DNA of 63,942 nucleotides, filler included, from Pelomyxa schiedti (GCA_020536535.1; 11 parts of 11 records of this genome joined end to end with filler, not necessarily neighbours in it); one strand, 5' to 3'. Positions 14,201 to 25,517 are shown, numbered from the whole stretch's first letter. A program made the numbers and translations. The notes: generated by a model not told the origin, from the sequence alone.

Positions 14201-14649
14201 ACACTTGTTGGCGTGTTGTTAGCAGTTGCGTGTGACGTGCACGCACAGTGTTTTCCAGCCCTTTTTTTCGTTGTTGAGTAGCAGCGATCCCGCGACTGAT
14301 GCACCCCCCGACGGCGACGCCGACGACCCGCCCCCCAACCACCCCCCCAAGATCCCACGAAACATTCACTCTATTTGCTAGCTGCTGTCGTTGTTGTCGT
14401 GATCCACCAACACCCCAACCAGTCTGGATCTCCTCTTCCTTTCGCTCGACGGAATAAACAACGAAGTGTCCCTGCCGGAGTGTGTCACCTCAGGTCGTTT
14501 TTTTTATTTATTGTGCGCTTGTGCGCTTTTTGTTGTTGGAGTTCCACGAAAAGAAATTTGAAGGTCTTTTTTGATCCGGCATAAAGAAAAGGGAATTCAG
14601 TCAAAAGATTTGTTGTTTACTTAGTCCCACACACAAACACAAACAGTCA

Positions 14650-15662
14650 CTAGTGGCCACAGCATGTGCAAGAACCAGTGCAACCCATTGCAGCCTTGAG
14701 CTGGGTCATTTGCTCTGGTGACAGCTTAATTGCCAGGAACTTGTGGAAGCATTCCTTCTGCTCAGGGGTGAATGCTGCTGCTGCGGCCTTGCACCTTGCA
14801 ATGCTCTCAGCACTGAAGTCACCATCAAGAACCCCCTTGCATGCGGCCTTCTGCTCCTCAGTGAACATAGAGCAGCATGATGAAGAGGCACCACCAGAGC
14901 AGCATGTTGTTGGCTTCTCAGCAGCGCCGTGGCATGTGCACTCGCCTGTGCAGTGGCATCCCATTGCGGCCTTGAGCTGAACCAGCTGCTCAGCGCTGAG
15001 CTTAGTGAACAGGTACTTGTGGAAGCATTCCTTCTGCTCCGGGGTGAATGCTGCGGCGACCGGCTTGAACAGGGCAATGCTCTCAGCACTGAAGTCACCA
15101 GAGCAAACGCCCTTGCATGCGGCCTTCTGTTCGGCAGTGAACATATTGCAGCATGATGACTCGCCACCAGAGCAGCATGTTGAAGCACCAGTTGTGGCAC
15201 CGCCAGAGCAAGCGCAAGGCTTCTCAGTAGTAGTAGCAGCACCACCGGAGCAGCAGCAGGGTCCCCAAGCGGCCTTGAGGGCTGCTTGTTGTTCTGGTGT
15301 GAACTTGGTCTCAATGAACTCGTGGACCTTGGCCTTCTGCTCGGGTGTGAATGCGGTACACACACTCTTGAACCTACACAATGGTTAGTTAGATGTGTCA
15401 TTGTGATTAATGGTATTTAAGAAATAGTATGGTAAATATTGAGTACTTGGCAATCGCATCAGCGCTGAAATCGCCGGTGATGACTGGCTTCATGGCTGCC
15501 CTCTGTTCCTCAGTGAATAAAGCGGCAAATGGGCATGTGCTTGCACAGCACTAAAGGAGGTTAGACTAAATTAGAAAATACAGTAAGTCGCAAACACCAA
15601 AACGTGCGTTTTTATTGTTGTAATTTAGTTGTTAAACATACTGGTGTTGATGTAGCTGCCAT
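14650..15662 (-). CDS. Cys-rich triple-repeat protein, 282 aa (exons 15662-15642, 15550-15447, 15373-14650)
   Basis: ATG GCA GCT...; two GT-AG introns keep frame (849 nt total); three ~60-aa FTxEQ repeats separated by CC/CxC clusters. Confidence 0.85.
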
Positions 15663-15947
15663 TGTAGGGTATACTAAATTTTTTTTTGTTTGTTTCGGTC
15701 GGGTTGCTTGTTTGCTTGTTGGTTATTTTAATACTTTTATGATGTTGTGGTTAGGCTTTTTAAGGGACGAGAAGACGAAAAATTCGCGTGATGCATAAGT
15801 TTTACGCATGTGATGAGAAGGACCTTCGCTGAATGTGATCATAAAAATGAGTTGGCAGACTGAGGCCGTTCGTCCTCAGTCACACAGAAAAACAATTGGA
15901 CGCAACGCGAAAAACATTCAACAAGCTTTGGGGAAAACATATGTTGT

Positions 15948-17651
15948 TTACAATGTTTTATGGTTGTAGCATTGTTTAGGGGATTTCACAGACTGACTGA
16001 GGAGCCTGAGTACAAGTTCACCAACGGCTTCAAAATCGGTTATATCGAGGTATCTGTGTGGAGTTTGTTAGTTACAGAGGTGTGTGTTTGGGTACATTTG
16101 AGCAGAGAGCCGGTTCCATACAGAACCATCAGGGAGTTGGTAGGTAACGAGATACTCGTTGTAATCATTGAGGATTGTGTCCTGATTACCATCAGGCATT
16201 TTCGGAGTTAAGGTGGGTGATATTTTCTAAAATGAAGGGGAGTGAACCCTGATTGAGCAGGCAAGTGTATAGTCATTGGATGGAAATTTAACATCAATCA
16301 TAGCCGAAGCCATTGACTGGGGCTGGAGAATTGTAGTGTTCCACATGCTAGCTAATAGCTGCCCAGCTTCCCAAGCCAAATCGTTGTTGTACTGCTTTAT
16401 GGCTTGGTCCCCACCTACGCTTTCGCGCCATGCCATTGCCGCGGGAATTGTAGCGAATGCGGTGTAATCGCGAGTTCCGGTATACCTTTTTCAAAATTAA
16501 GGAAATGAAGAAGGTGATTGTTGGGTACTCAAATCTTTTCACAAAGTCATCTGGATCAAATTCTGAGGATATTACTGTGGGAACGATTTTGTACTGTAGA
16601 ATTGTCTTGACCCACAGAAGGGCTGTTCCCTTTGGTGAAAAGAGCCACCTGAAATTCGATTAGTTTCTAAGTGGCACAAGGAAGTTATTACTTATGGGCA
16701 TTAGTGAGATAATAGTCAGCATCTAGTGCCTGCAAATCGATATCTACATTACCAAGAGCATGTGCGCCGTCAATTAAGACCTGTATATCGTTTTCATGTG
16801 CCAATTGGATCAACTCAGCAATTGGCAATACGGTGGCAGGAGTGGATTCGATGTCTGAAAGAGGTGAGTCTTGGTTGCGTGAATCTTCAAAGTTACGAGA
16901 AAAAACTGCCAAGTCAATTGGCTTGTTTGCAGCAATGAAGTCGGCAACAGCTTGGACAATCTCATCGGGAGAAGAAACTGGGTAATCAAAACCGGGAACA
17001 ACGAGTACTTCGATTCCTATTTTAAGGCTTCAGTATCAATGAATGCCGCGTCAAACAGCACCCTCTACTTTAGCAAGGTAGTCCAGGGTGTAGATGACCA
17101 TAGGATAGGCCCGATCAAGCCTCAGCACTCTCATGCCAGAAGTGAATCTCATCGATCGCAGAACAGCATTCACTCCACTACATGAGGTGATTACTTGATC
17201 AACAAAGAAAATACAGGAGATGACCTGCTTGCATTCTCAACCAAAACAAGTTCAGAGTCATCACCGGCATTGACGTAACTGGAAAGCTGTGCTCTAACTT
17301 GTTCAATCAAGGCTTGGTACCCACCTCTGAACCACAAGTCAGGGGCTCCTTCTTCTTGCATAACATATCTATCAGAATGAACTTTAAGGAAAACCCAGCA
17401 AGAAAGGCCACACACTGCTGTTGCTGCTGAAGTACAGCTTTTGGCACAGCACCATAGCTGCCATGATTTATATTTGTCCACCCCTCAGCAAAAGCAAACT
17501 CTGCCCTGAAATAATTCATAAATTAAACAAAATTCATCTAAACAAAAAGGCACCTCATATCGTGGCCAAACGACGCAGCCCAAACGTGACCCGCAACGAC
17601 CACAACCACAGACACCAACTCCCACAATGCACTCGGAGTCGCGCGACGCAT
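15948..17651 (-). CDS. PLP-dependent class V aminotransferase (L-cysteine desulfhydrase / Egt2-like), complete, with predicted signal peptide
   Basis: MRRATPSALWELVSVVVVVAGHVWA N-terminus; NINHGSYGAVP, LVENAS, IDGAHALG, NAHKW (PLP lysine). Confidence 0.88.
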
Positions 17652-17834
17652 GGTTTTTTGGAGTCCACTCGCACGGCGAACTTGGCAAGTTTTTTTTTTG
17701 TTTACACTAAAACGTTGATGACGGTTGGAGGCTGTGAGGGGACACACTGAAGGATTGAGTGTTGCGCAGGCAATTAAATGACCGTGGGGTCCCCGGTGGT
17801 ATTTGGGATTGTGGGTGGCGTGATGGTGTCATGG

Positions 17835-20286
17835 CTATTTTTTGAGGAAGCTGAAAGGTGCGTTGGCAGCGAGTCGTTGGGAGAATATCTTCCATAGCAA
17901 TGGCATTTGTACTACCTGTGATGACCAGTGGTACACATCCCGGTGTAGTGGTATATCAAACCCCTGTGTGTTTGTGAGTGTAGGTATTGCTTGTTTGAGT
18001 TGTGTAGACATATGAATATATATGTATATATAGTCTTAGTTCAGGAATTATGCGGCCGGCGATGCGGTGAAAGGAATGCATACATTGGGGTGACATGTGC
18101 CGTTCCAGCAAGATATATCATTCATTGAGAACATCCCAACCCGTTTGGGGTTCAGGGTACCACCGGTAACCAACTCGTGGTAGAATTCAGAGTCCTTCTT
18201 TGGATTGATATCCTTGATCCGGCACAGCGTCAGGTCTTCATAAGTGCGTATGCACATCTTGGAACTGAAGGGCCACACAACATTGGTTTCAATGATTACA
18301 ACCGGGGCAAAGTTGGCCCAGAATGTCACGGTTTGGTTGAATGACTCCATTGTCATATCCGCAGTTGAGAGGCCGATCATCACAATTCCAACATTGTGGA
18401 ATTCCCGGAGAACATCTGGTATTTCCCTGGGAATACGCTCAACACCGTACCATGTATACTTCTCTGCGGCATCATTTGACTTGGAAGCGAGGATTGAGGT
18501 GTATCCCAACTCGGAAGCATAGTGGTCCAAGCTGATCCACCATTGCATGGAAAGAGAATCCCCGATTAATACTAAAGCAGTGGTGTTTGAGCGCCGGTTG
18601 ATAGTATGCCAGGGTTTTTCATACACCTGAGCATCATAAAAAGACCATGCCGCATTCTTTGTCGCAATAGCAAGTTCCGGTGTGCGGACAACAGTATTGT
18701 TGATATGCCACGGGATACCAGTAGCTATGGATTTGGAATCAGGGATGTCGACATGCTTGTATGGGTCAGGGAGGTTGTTTCCATATATGCACATAAGTGC
18801 TGGTGTAAGGGTACCCAGCAAAAACACCAGCACAATCACCTTCTTGTTCCACCTGTGCGTTTGAATTGGCTTTTCAATAAAGTTATAACTCGCTGCACTT
18901 AGTATAGCAGTAATTGCCATTGAAGGAAGCCAAATAGGTACTGGCAGACCGTACATCATTTTGTACATCTTAGTGAGCTGTATTAGAGGGTAGTGGTACA
19001 GGTATATTGAATAGGACATGTTGCCAATCAGTTCTCCGAAATAAAAATTGTAGTCATAGTGGCACCAAATGACGTATGAAGTGAGAATGACAATTCCGAG
19101 AGTTATTAAGTTAGGGTAGGTAGTATTTCCCGTGATGCTTCCAAGGATGATCAAGGCAATAAGGCAAAAACAGTATGCATAGACATTGCGCCAGGGGATG
19201 CGTGAAAGCCATCTGGATGGGGCAATATCCATCCCAGATTCAGGGTCTTTTCCTCCGTGAACGGTACTTTTTTTGTTGGAGTCGTAGTAAGATATAAGGG
19301 CTCCAGCTGCAAATTCCCACACTCTGGAGGCTGGGAAGAAAAATTTCCAGGGCTGAGATTGTATGAATATCAAAGAAAAGGAGGCGATGGAAAGCAGTGA
19401 TATGTAAGGGGCCAGGCCCTTCTCAAACCATCGAGATGGAATCGCAAGCCTATACAACACCAATAGTAGGGGAATAGCAATATAAAGCTGCTCTTCCAAA
19501 GCAAGTGACCAAAAGTGCAGTACCAGAGATTCGGCACCCGAGTCCCCAAAGTATGCCACACTCCCTTGAAGGTAGTTCCAATTGGCATAATGCAAGCTGG
19601 CCGCTTGGATGTCCGAGAAGCAATTCGAGGCAATGGAGCGAAATGGAGCACTCAGAAGGAGAAATGACGTCAGTGCGACGAGAGTGACGGCACTTGGCAT
19701 GGATAGACGCTTCATTCGTCGGCATAAAAATTCACTCAGAGAGAAACGATTCTTCAGCATTTCTTGTATCTTTGTGAAGGTCAGGTGGAAAAAAAAAATT
19801 ACCAGTAATCACGTACCAGAGACCCAAAAACAAGGTATCCACTGACAACAAAGAACACATCGACTCCAATGAAACCACCCTGGTACCATGGGAATCCAAG
19901 GTGATACAGGGTAACTAAGAAAAGATAAGGGTAACAAACAAAAAAACAACAAAACAAAAATCGAGAAAACAAAAAAAACCTGCAATTACGGCCAGGGCGC
20001 GAATGACTTGGATGTCCACCCTCTTGGGTGCCCCGGGGGGTTTCGGAATTATGGGAAGCTGGTGTGGCTCGCTGCCGCCGAACCCCACAATCGTGCTTTT
20101 GGGAGTCCCCTCATCCGACGATGAAGACGATAGGACCGCCGACGAACGTATGAGCATGTCTGGTACCAGAGGGGGCAACGCGCCCATAATCGCGTCGTAG
20201 TCGGGTGGAGGGCCCTCCGTGTTCCGCCCGCAGCTCTCCGCTTCCGTAGCCATCGATGAGAACTTTCGCTTTATTCGAAGTGCCAT
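17835..20286 (-). CDS. Acyltransferase family 3 with C-terminal SGNH domain (OafA/OatA-like O-acetyltransferase)
   Basis: RVDIQVIRALAVIA, GGFIGVDVFFVVSGYL, HFWSLALEEQLY, SRVWEF, SYSIYLYHYP; SGNH LIGDS and DVYH. Confidence 0.9.
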
Positions 20287-20424
20287 TCACCAAATCAGAG
20301 TTAAGTAGTGACTCACTCTTGACTTGTGCCTATGCTCCCGCGACTTTGTGCGCTCACTAGTTCGGAGCACCTCCCCTTGCGACTTCCAGCCTCAGTGTTG
20401 CTGATCAGCCGAAATCAAAGCCGG

Positions 20425-21846
20425 ATGTCACAGACCACAGCCGCGGCGGCAAGTGGAGGAGGCATTCACAACGAAGCGGATTATGGGAGCGTACGGTGGG
20501 CGTTCGAGTTTGGGTCGTGGACGCCGAGCCCCGGCGAATGGTCATTGGCCTTGTCACACATCGAGCCCGTCGAGGTAACCAGGATAGGTAGGTGTTGCGT
20601 GGTGTGCATTTTACAGTTGTGGGAGGTTGCCGGGGGTTGGTGTATATGTTTGTTGACTACTACAACAATAACAAAGGGAGATTCAAGAGGCCATTGGGAG
20701 GGGGACTTTCTCTCGTTGGGAAAGATAACCCTGATGCCAAGAGTGCTGCCGTTGGCCGCTTGTTGATGCGCAAGTTGGTCTCTGAATTGGTTAGTATCCT
20801 GCCATGACTCTTAGAATCCCGTTTTCTACTAAAAAATTACCAAATTACTTACCATTGTGGTTTTTCCTAACAACTTGAAGTTAGGGATCCCCTTTGATGG
20901 TGTGGACTTGCAGCGAACCAAGGAGGGTAAACCTTACCTGTCAACAGCCCAGCGTGCTACATATGCTGACTCCAAGTTTCCGAATTTCAACTTCAATGTA
21001 TCTCATCATGGTAATTGGTGCGAAAATTTTTTCAAGCAAATTATACCTTTCCTTACCCACCTTGTAGGGTTGTTTTGGCTTCAGAGCCGCATGACCTTGT
21101 TGGAGTTGATGTCATGAAGTCCGAACACCCACGCGGTTCCGAAACTGTACGAGAATTCTTCCAAACAATGTCCAACACAATGACTCCACACGAATGGGCC
21201 CAAATCAAGCAAGGTATGCCCGGTCCCACTACCTACCACTCTCGCAATCCCCGCCTATCCCTTTTCACTATTTTTTTTTCCAACCCACAGAATCACAGGG
21301 CCCCTGAAACAGCAGCTCGACAGCTTCTACACCTTCTGGTGCCTCAAAGAGAGCTACATCAAAGCCGTCGGAATTGGTCTGGGCTTCGACCTCCAGCGAG
21401 CCAGCTTCACCCTCCTATCCGATGAAGCCCAAGCCGAGTGCACAGGCACAGGCACACCCCATTCGCCGGATGATTGCTTCGATGATGACTACTTCTTCTA
21501 TGGCGGCTCTGAAGACGATGAAGAAGCCCTACTCAGAAGCAGCAGTGGGGAATTTGGAGCGCGCAAACCGCGCCGGGCTGCAGGGGAGAGGCACCGGGCC
21601 ACCCTCAAGATAGACGGTGTGGAGCAGATATCGTGGAGGTTCGATGTGGAGTGGCTGGACCCAGTGCACATGACGGCCGTGGCCCGCGGGCCCCCAGCCG
21701 CTGCGGGCGGGAGCGGGTTCGGGGCCACCCTCAGGGGGGGCCTCGGTGACACCACAGCCACTAGGTTCAGCAGTGGGCGGGGGTATGACAGGCCCGGATT
21801 CACTAGGATGGTGGGACTCCCTGACCTGCTACCTCACTCACCCTGA
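20425..21846 (+). CDS. 4'-phosphopantetheinyl transferase (AASDHPPT/Lys5/Sfp-like), multi-exon
   Basis: RTKEGKPYL, FNFNVSHHGNW, VGVDVM, FWCLKESYIKAVGIGL. Confidence 0.92.
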
Positions 21847-22002
21847 ATGACTGGGCCCACACCCAATCAACTTCCTTCCTTTTGAAAAAAAAAAAAACTA
21901 AGATTTCGAGCATCTTGGCACCACTTGCCTCCGTTGTGGAGAGTCCATTGTTTTTGGCTGGTAAAATTCTCTGATCACAGATTGTTTCGGCGAAGATCCA
22001 GA

Positions 22003-22010
22003 ACCCACAA
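22003..22010 (+). promoter_or_regulatory. Candidate snRNA upstream element ACCCACAA (DUSE-like)
   Basis: Matches WCCCAYAA at -62 from the U2 5' end. Confidence 0.55.
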
Positions 22011-22064
22011 TTACAGCTTGGCGCCCGGGGGTTCATTTACGGGGTGTGGGAGAAAGAAGAACTC

Positions 22065-22280
22065 ATACCTTCTCGGCCTTTTGGCTAAGATCAAGTGTAG
22101 TATCTGTTCTTTTCAGCTTAATATCTGAAAGCTGCCCATTGGGCAGCATCGATATTAAACTTATTTTTTGTGGGGTCGCTGGGGGTGTCCTCTTGGTGGT
22201 GGGGCTTGCTCTGCCGCCAAGTTGGGTGCCCTCCTGATTGCCCAGGCACTGCACTGCCGCCTCGTGTGGTCAGCCCCACT
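22065..22280 (+). ncRNA. U2: U2 spliceosomal snRNA (3' end approximate)
   Basis: ATACCTTCTCGGCCTTTTGGCTAAGATCAAGTGTAGTATCTGTTCTT 5' end with GTAGTA branch-pairing sequence; Sm site ATTTTTTG; 3' hairpin GGCA-CTGCAC-TGCC. Confidence 0.96.
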
Positions 22281-22324
22281 CTCATTAAAGAAAAAACAAT
22301 CAAAAAAATCCCCAGAGACCCACC

Positions 22325-23599
22325 ATGATCCGATCGATAACTCTACTCGACGTTCGAACGCAATTTCTTGCGGCGTGCATGAGCACACACGATCGGTGTG
22401 GGAGAGTGACGTCATCATCGTCGGAGGCGGCCACGAGTGGGCAGTTGCAACCAACTGCGACGACGGTGGTTGGGATGGTTCTGAGGCTGGTCTGGGACTG
22501 GGTCATCAACTGTGGCCCTGTCAGGTTCTTCTCTGTTCCTGTGTGTTCATTGTGGCCAAGGTACAAGAACCAGATGCCACTTTTCACTCGGTCAGCATCC
22601 TCGCTGGTCACTTTTGGGGTGTCACTTGTGACCCTTGGTGTTGTTCCAAGTCACGCCAAATTGTGGAGATTTGAGGGCGAGTCCAGGAACCGTCTGGTTC
22701 GCGTTATGGTTGGTGCCAATCAGCAGTTTTATCAGTCTAGGACAGTGGTGCCTGGGTACCATGAGTGTGGCCATGTTGGGAGAGTTGTTGACGAGTGCGT
22801 GTGGGCTGACCGCAGGTGCGATTCAGACCATACCGTAGTGTGGGAAATTGAGGGGTTGGTCGATGCTTCAAGTGGTGTCAATCACAGGTGGTGGGTTTTG
22901 TGCAACAACACTGCAAACGAATCATTAGTTATTAATTTGCACCAGCAACACCATTCTGTGAAGGATTTGCAGAGAGCCATTCCGTATCGCAATCCCTGTA
23001 GAATACACGTGTTTATGAATCACACTAATGACGACGAAGCTGTATTTGTTTCCCAGGATGGGCATTGCGTGGAACTCATAGTTTCCAATCTGGGCAAGAT
23101 GTGGTCTACACAAGAATTCAGTTCGATAAGCACTACAAAGTGTCTGCTTTCAGGCACTGAGCTAGGTTACATCGGCCAGGTTCTGGTTCTCAAAACGCAA
23201 TTGGATAAATATACCTTCATTGTGATGTCACACAGAAGCTGTGATTCAACTATAAGCCAGTACATGCAGTCTAATGAACTCCAAAATCCACAATCTTTCC
23301 AGCACTACAAAACAACTGCTGACCAGGAACCCACTCTGTCACAACTCAGTGAGAGCCTATATTGTATATCGAGTTCCACGTCTTGTGAAATTTGGGACTG
23401 CAACAGCCCCAACAATGCCATCAGGGTTATCAACCAAAGTGATGACTGCATGATTGTTGCTCATTCTGGATTCCTATTTCAAATCAGGGATGATGCCATC
23501 GTGGTCACTGAGTACACTTCTGGTGTTCACATTCTTAGGCTTCCTGTTCTCAGTGAATATCACCACGTGTTTGAAGCAATCTTTTCTTTCGTGCTGTGA
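22325..23599 (+). CDS. Intronless orphan-family protein (HxRCG-motif family), ~424 aa
   Basis: Long open ORF sharing QFxA..HxRCG, NxDEAV and LSQL..xCxS..WD motifs with ORFs at 42958-45515. Confidence 0.75.
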   Translation: MIRSITLLDVRTQFLAACMSTHDRCGRVTSSSSEAATSGQLQPTATTVVGMVLRLVWDWVINCGPVRFFSVPVCSLWPRYKNQMPLFTRSASSLVTFGVSLVTLGVVPSHAKLWRFEGESRNRLVRVMVGANQQFYQSRTVVPGYHECGHVGRVVDECVWADRRCDSDHTVVWEIEGLVDASSGVNHRWWVLCNNTANESLVINLHQQHHSVKDLQRAIPYRNPCRIHVFMNHTNDDEAVFVSQDGHCVELIVSNLGKMWSTQEFSSISTTKCLLSGTELGYIGQVLVLKTQLDKYTFIVMSHRSCDSTISQYMQSNELQNPQSFQHYKTTADQEPTLSQLSESLYCISSSTSCEIWDCNSPNNAIRVINQSDDCMIVAHSGFLFQIRDDAIVVTEYTSGVHILRLPVLSEYHHVFEAIFSFVL

Positions 23600-23809
23600 A
23601 ATGCACACCACAACAAGATAATAAAATTGTTACAATTCATTTGAAGGCTGGATGCATCCTTTTTTCGAGGAGCACACATGTTCCGAAAAGATGCACGAAG
23701 GAGCCAAACCGACACTGCGGGTGCCCGCACAATGTGACGATACTCAAGGCACATGTGATGGCTCGTGCAAATGGTTCGGAATCTGGTCTGATCATTTTGA
23801 AGGCAAGCA

Positions 23810-24810
23810 ATGACAGACACCGAGAAGGACGAGGGGCCACCCGTCAACGAACAGGGCGGTACCGTGGCTCAACAGGAACCTGGGACCCCCGACACGGCAG
23901 CCCCGGCTACGCACGAAGCCCAGAGGGAAGGCGACTCAGCAACAACAGCAACAACAACAACCGATGGGCCCCCCGCCACATCCACATCCACCACCGCCAC
24001 CACGGCCACAACCCCCCCGACCACCGAGGGCGAAGGCGACGGCGAAGGCGACAGCGGCGCAAGCGGCCTGTCCCCTCCCGACCCAACCCAGCATCAGCAG
24101 CAGCAACAGCAGCAGCAACAACAACATATACAACCACCGCCCCCTGTGCCCTCCCCCTCCCCCTCCCCCTGCCTCTCTTCCTCCTCCTCCTCGTCGTCGT
24201 CGTCCTCGTCCTCTACAGGGAGTGGCAGTGGTGACAGTGGCAGCAACAACACGGAGCAGAGGCAGCAGCAGCAGCAGCAGGGGGGGGTGGTGGGGGTGGT
24301 GCCCGGGAGTGAGAGTGTGATTGTGGGTTGTGCTATGTCGCCGCCGCCGCAGCCTGCCCCCGCTCCAAGAGTGGTATGTGCTGCAATATTGTGTAGTAAC
24401 TTATTATGAGTTGGTTGTAGTAATAGTATGGGGGGATTGTAGTAGTAGTGGGATTACAGTAACATGGGGTCAAAGGAGGCCGACCACACTACTTGTGAGG
24501 CTGAAAAGAAGGCACTTTCCGATAAGGTTTGTTGGTTTTTGGGTGGGGTTTCCCTTTGTTTCTCCCTGCCTATTGGCCCTACAGGTTAACCGGTTGCAAG
24601 CCCTGCTACTCAAGGCCAAGGAACAACATGACCTCAAAGCAAAACTCGCTCAAGAGAAGGCCATTGAATGTGACAAAATGAAGAAAGAACGCGACTCTGC
24701 ACTGCAGTCCGCCGCACAGGCTGTTAAAGAAAAGGAATCTGCAATCACTGCTATCAAAGCTTCCTGTGAGAGCAAGATTGCAGAAGAGAAAGAATCTGCA
24801 AAAAAACTGG
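23810..24810 (+). CDS. Hypothetical protein with low-complexity N-terminus and coiled coil, truncated by gap
   Basis: ATG at 23810; probable intron; exon VNRLQALLLKAKEQHDLKAKLAQEKAIECDKMKKERD with heptad character. Confidence 0.55.
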
Positions 24811-24910
24811 NNNNNNNNNNNNNNNNNNNNNNNNNNNNNNNNNNNNNNNNNNNNNNNNNNNNNNNNNNNNNNNNNNNNNNNNNNNNNNNNNNNNNNNNNN
24901 NNNNNNNNNN

Positions 24911-25235
24911 ATGAAGTCCGAACACCCACGCGGTTCCGAAACTGTACGAGAATTCTTCCAAACAATGTCCAACACAATGACTCCACACGAATGGGCCCAA
25001 ATCAAGCAAGGTATGCCCGGTCCCACTACCTCCCACTCTCGCAATCCCCGCCTATCCCTTTTCACTATTTTTTTTCCAACCCACAGAATCACAGGGCCCC
25101 TGAAACAGCAGCTCGACAGCTTCTACACCTTCTGGTGCCTCAAAGAGAGCTACATCAAAGCCGTCGGAATCGGCCTCGGCTTCGACCTCCAGCGAGCCAG
25201 CTTCACCCTCCTATCCGATGAAGCCCAAGCCGAGT

Positions 25236-25276
<41 letters not shown>

Positions 25277-25417
25277 CCCCATTCGCCGGATGATTACGAT
25301 GATGACTACTTCTTCTATGGCGGCTCTGAAGACGATGAAGAAGCCCTACTCAGAAGCAGCAGTGGGGAATTTGGAGCGCGCAAACCGCGCCGGGCTGCAG
25401 GGGAGAGGCACCGGGCC
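24911..25417 (+). repeat. Second copy/haplotype of PPTase segment 21114-~21599
   Basis: Near-identical; CACAGG repeat has 6 units here versus 2 at 21441. Confidence 0.92.
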
Positions 25418-25517
25418 NNNNNNNNNNNNNNNNNNNNNNNNNNNNNNNNNNNNNNNNNNNNTTAATTAATTAANNNNNNNNNNNNNNNNNNNNNNNNNNN
25501 NNNNNNNNNNNNNNNNN
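25418..25517. other. Artificial contig linker N44-TTAATTAATTAA-N44 (12-mer also at 37136, 41717, 42902, 45560, 46730, 50286, 54424, 60925, 62855)
   Basis: Identical 12-mer with stops in all six frames, embedded in N runs. Confidence 0.98.

Noticed and set aside
25462-25473. Recurrent TTAATTAATTAA motif (10 times)
   Set aside because: Always centred in N runs; a synthetic six-frame-stop contig linker
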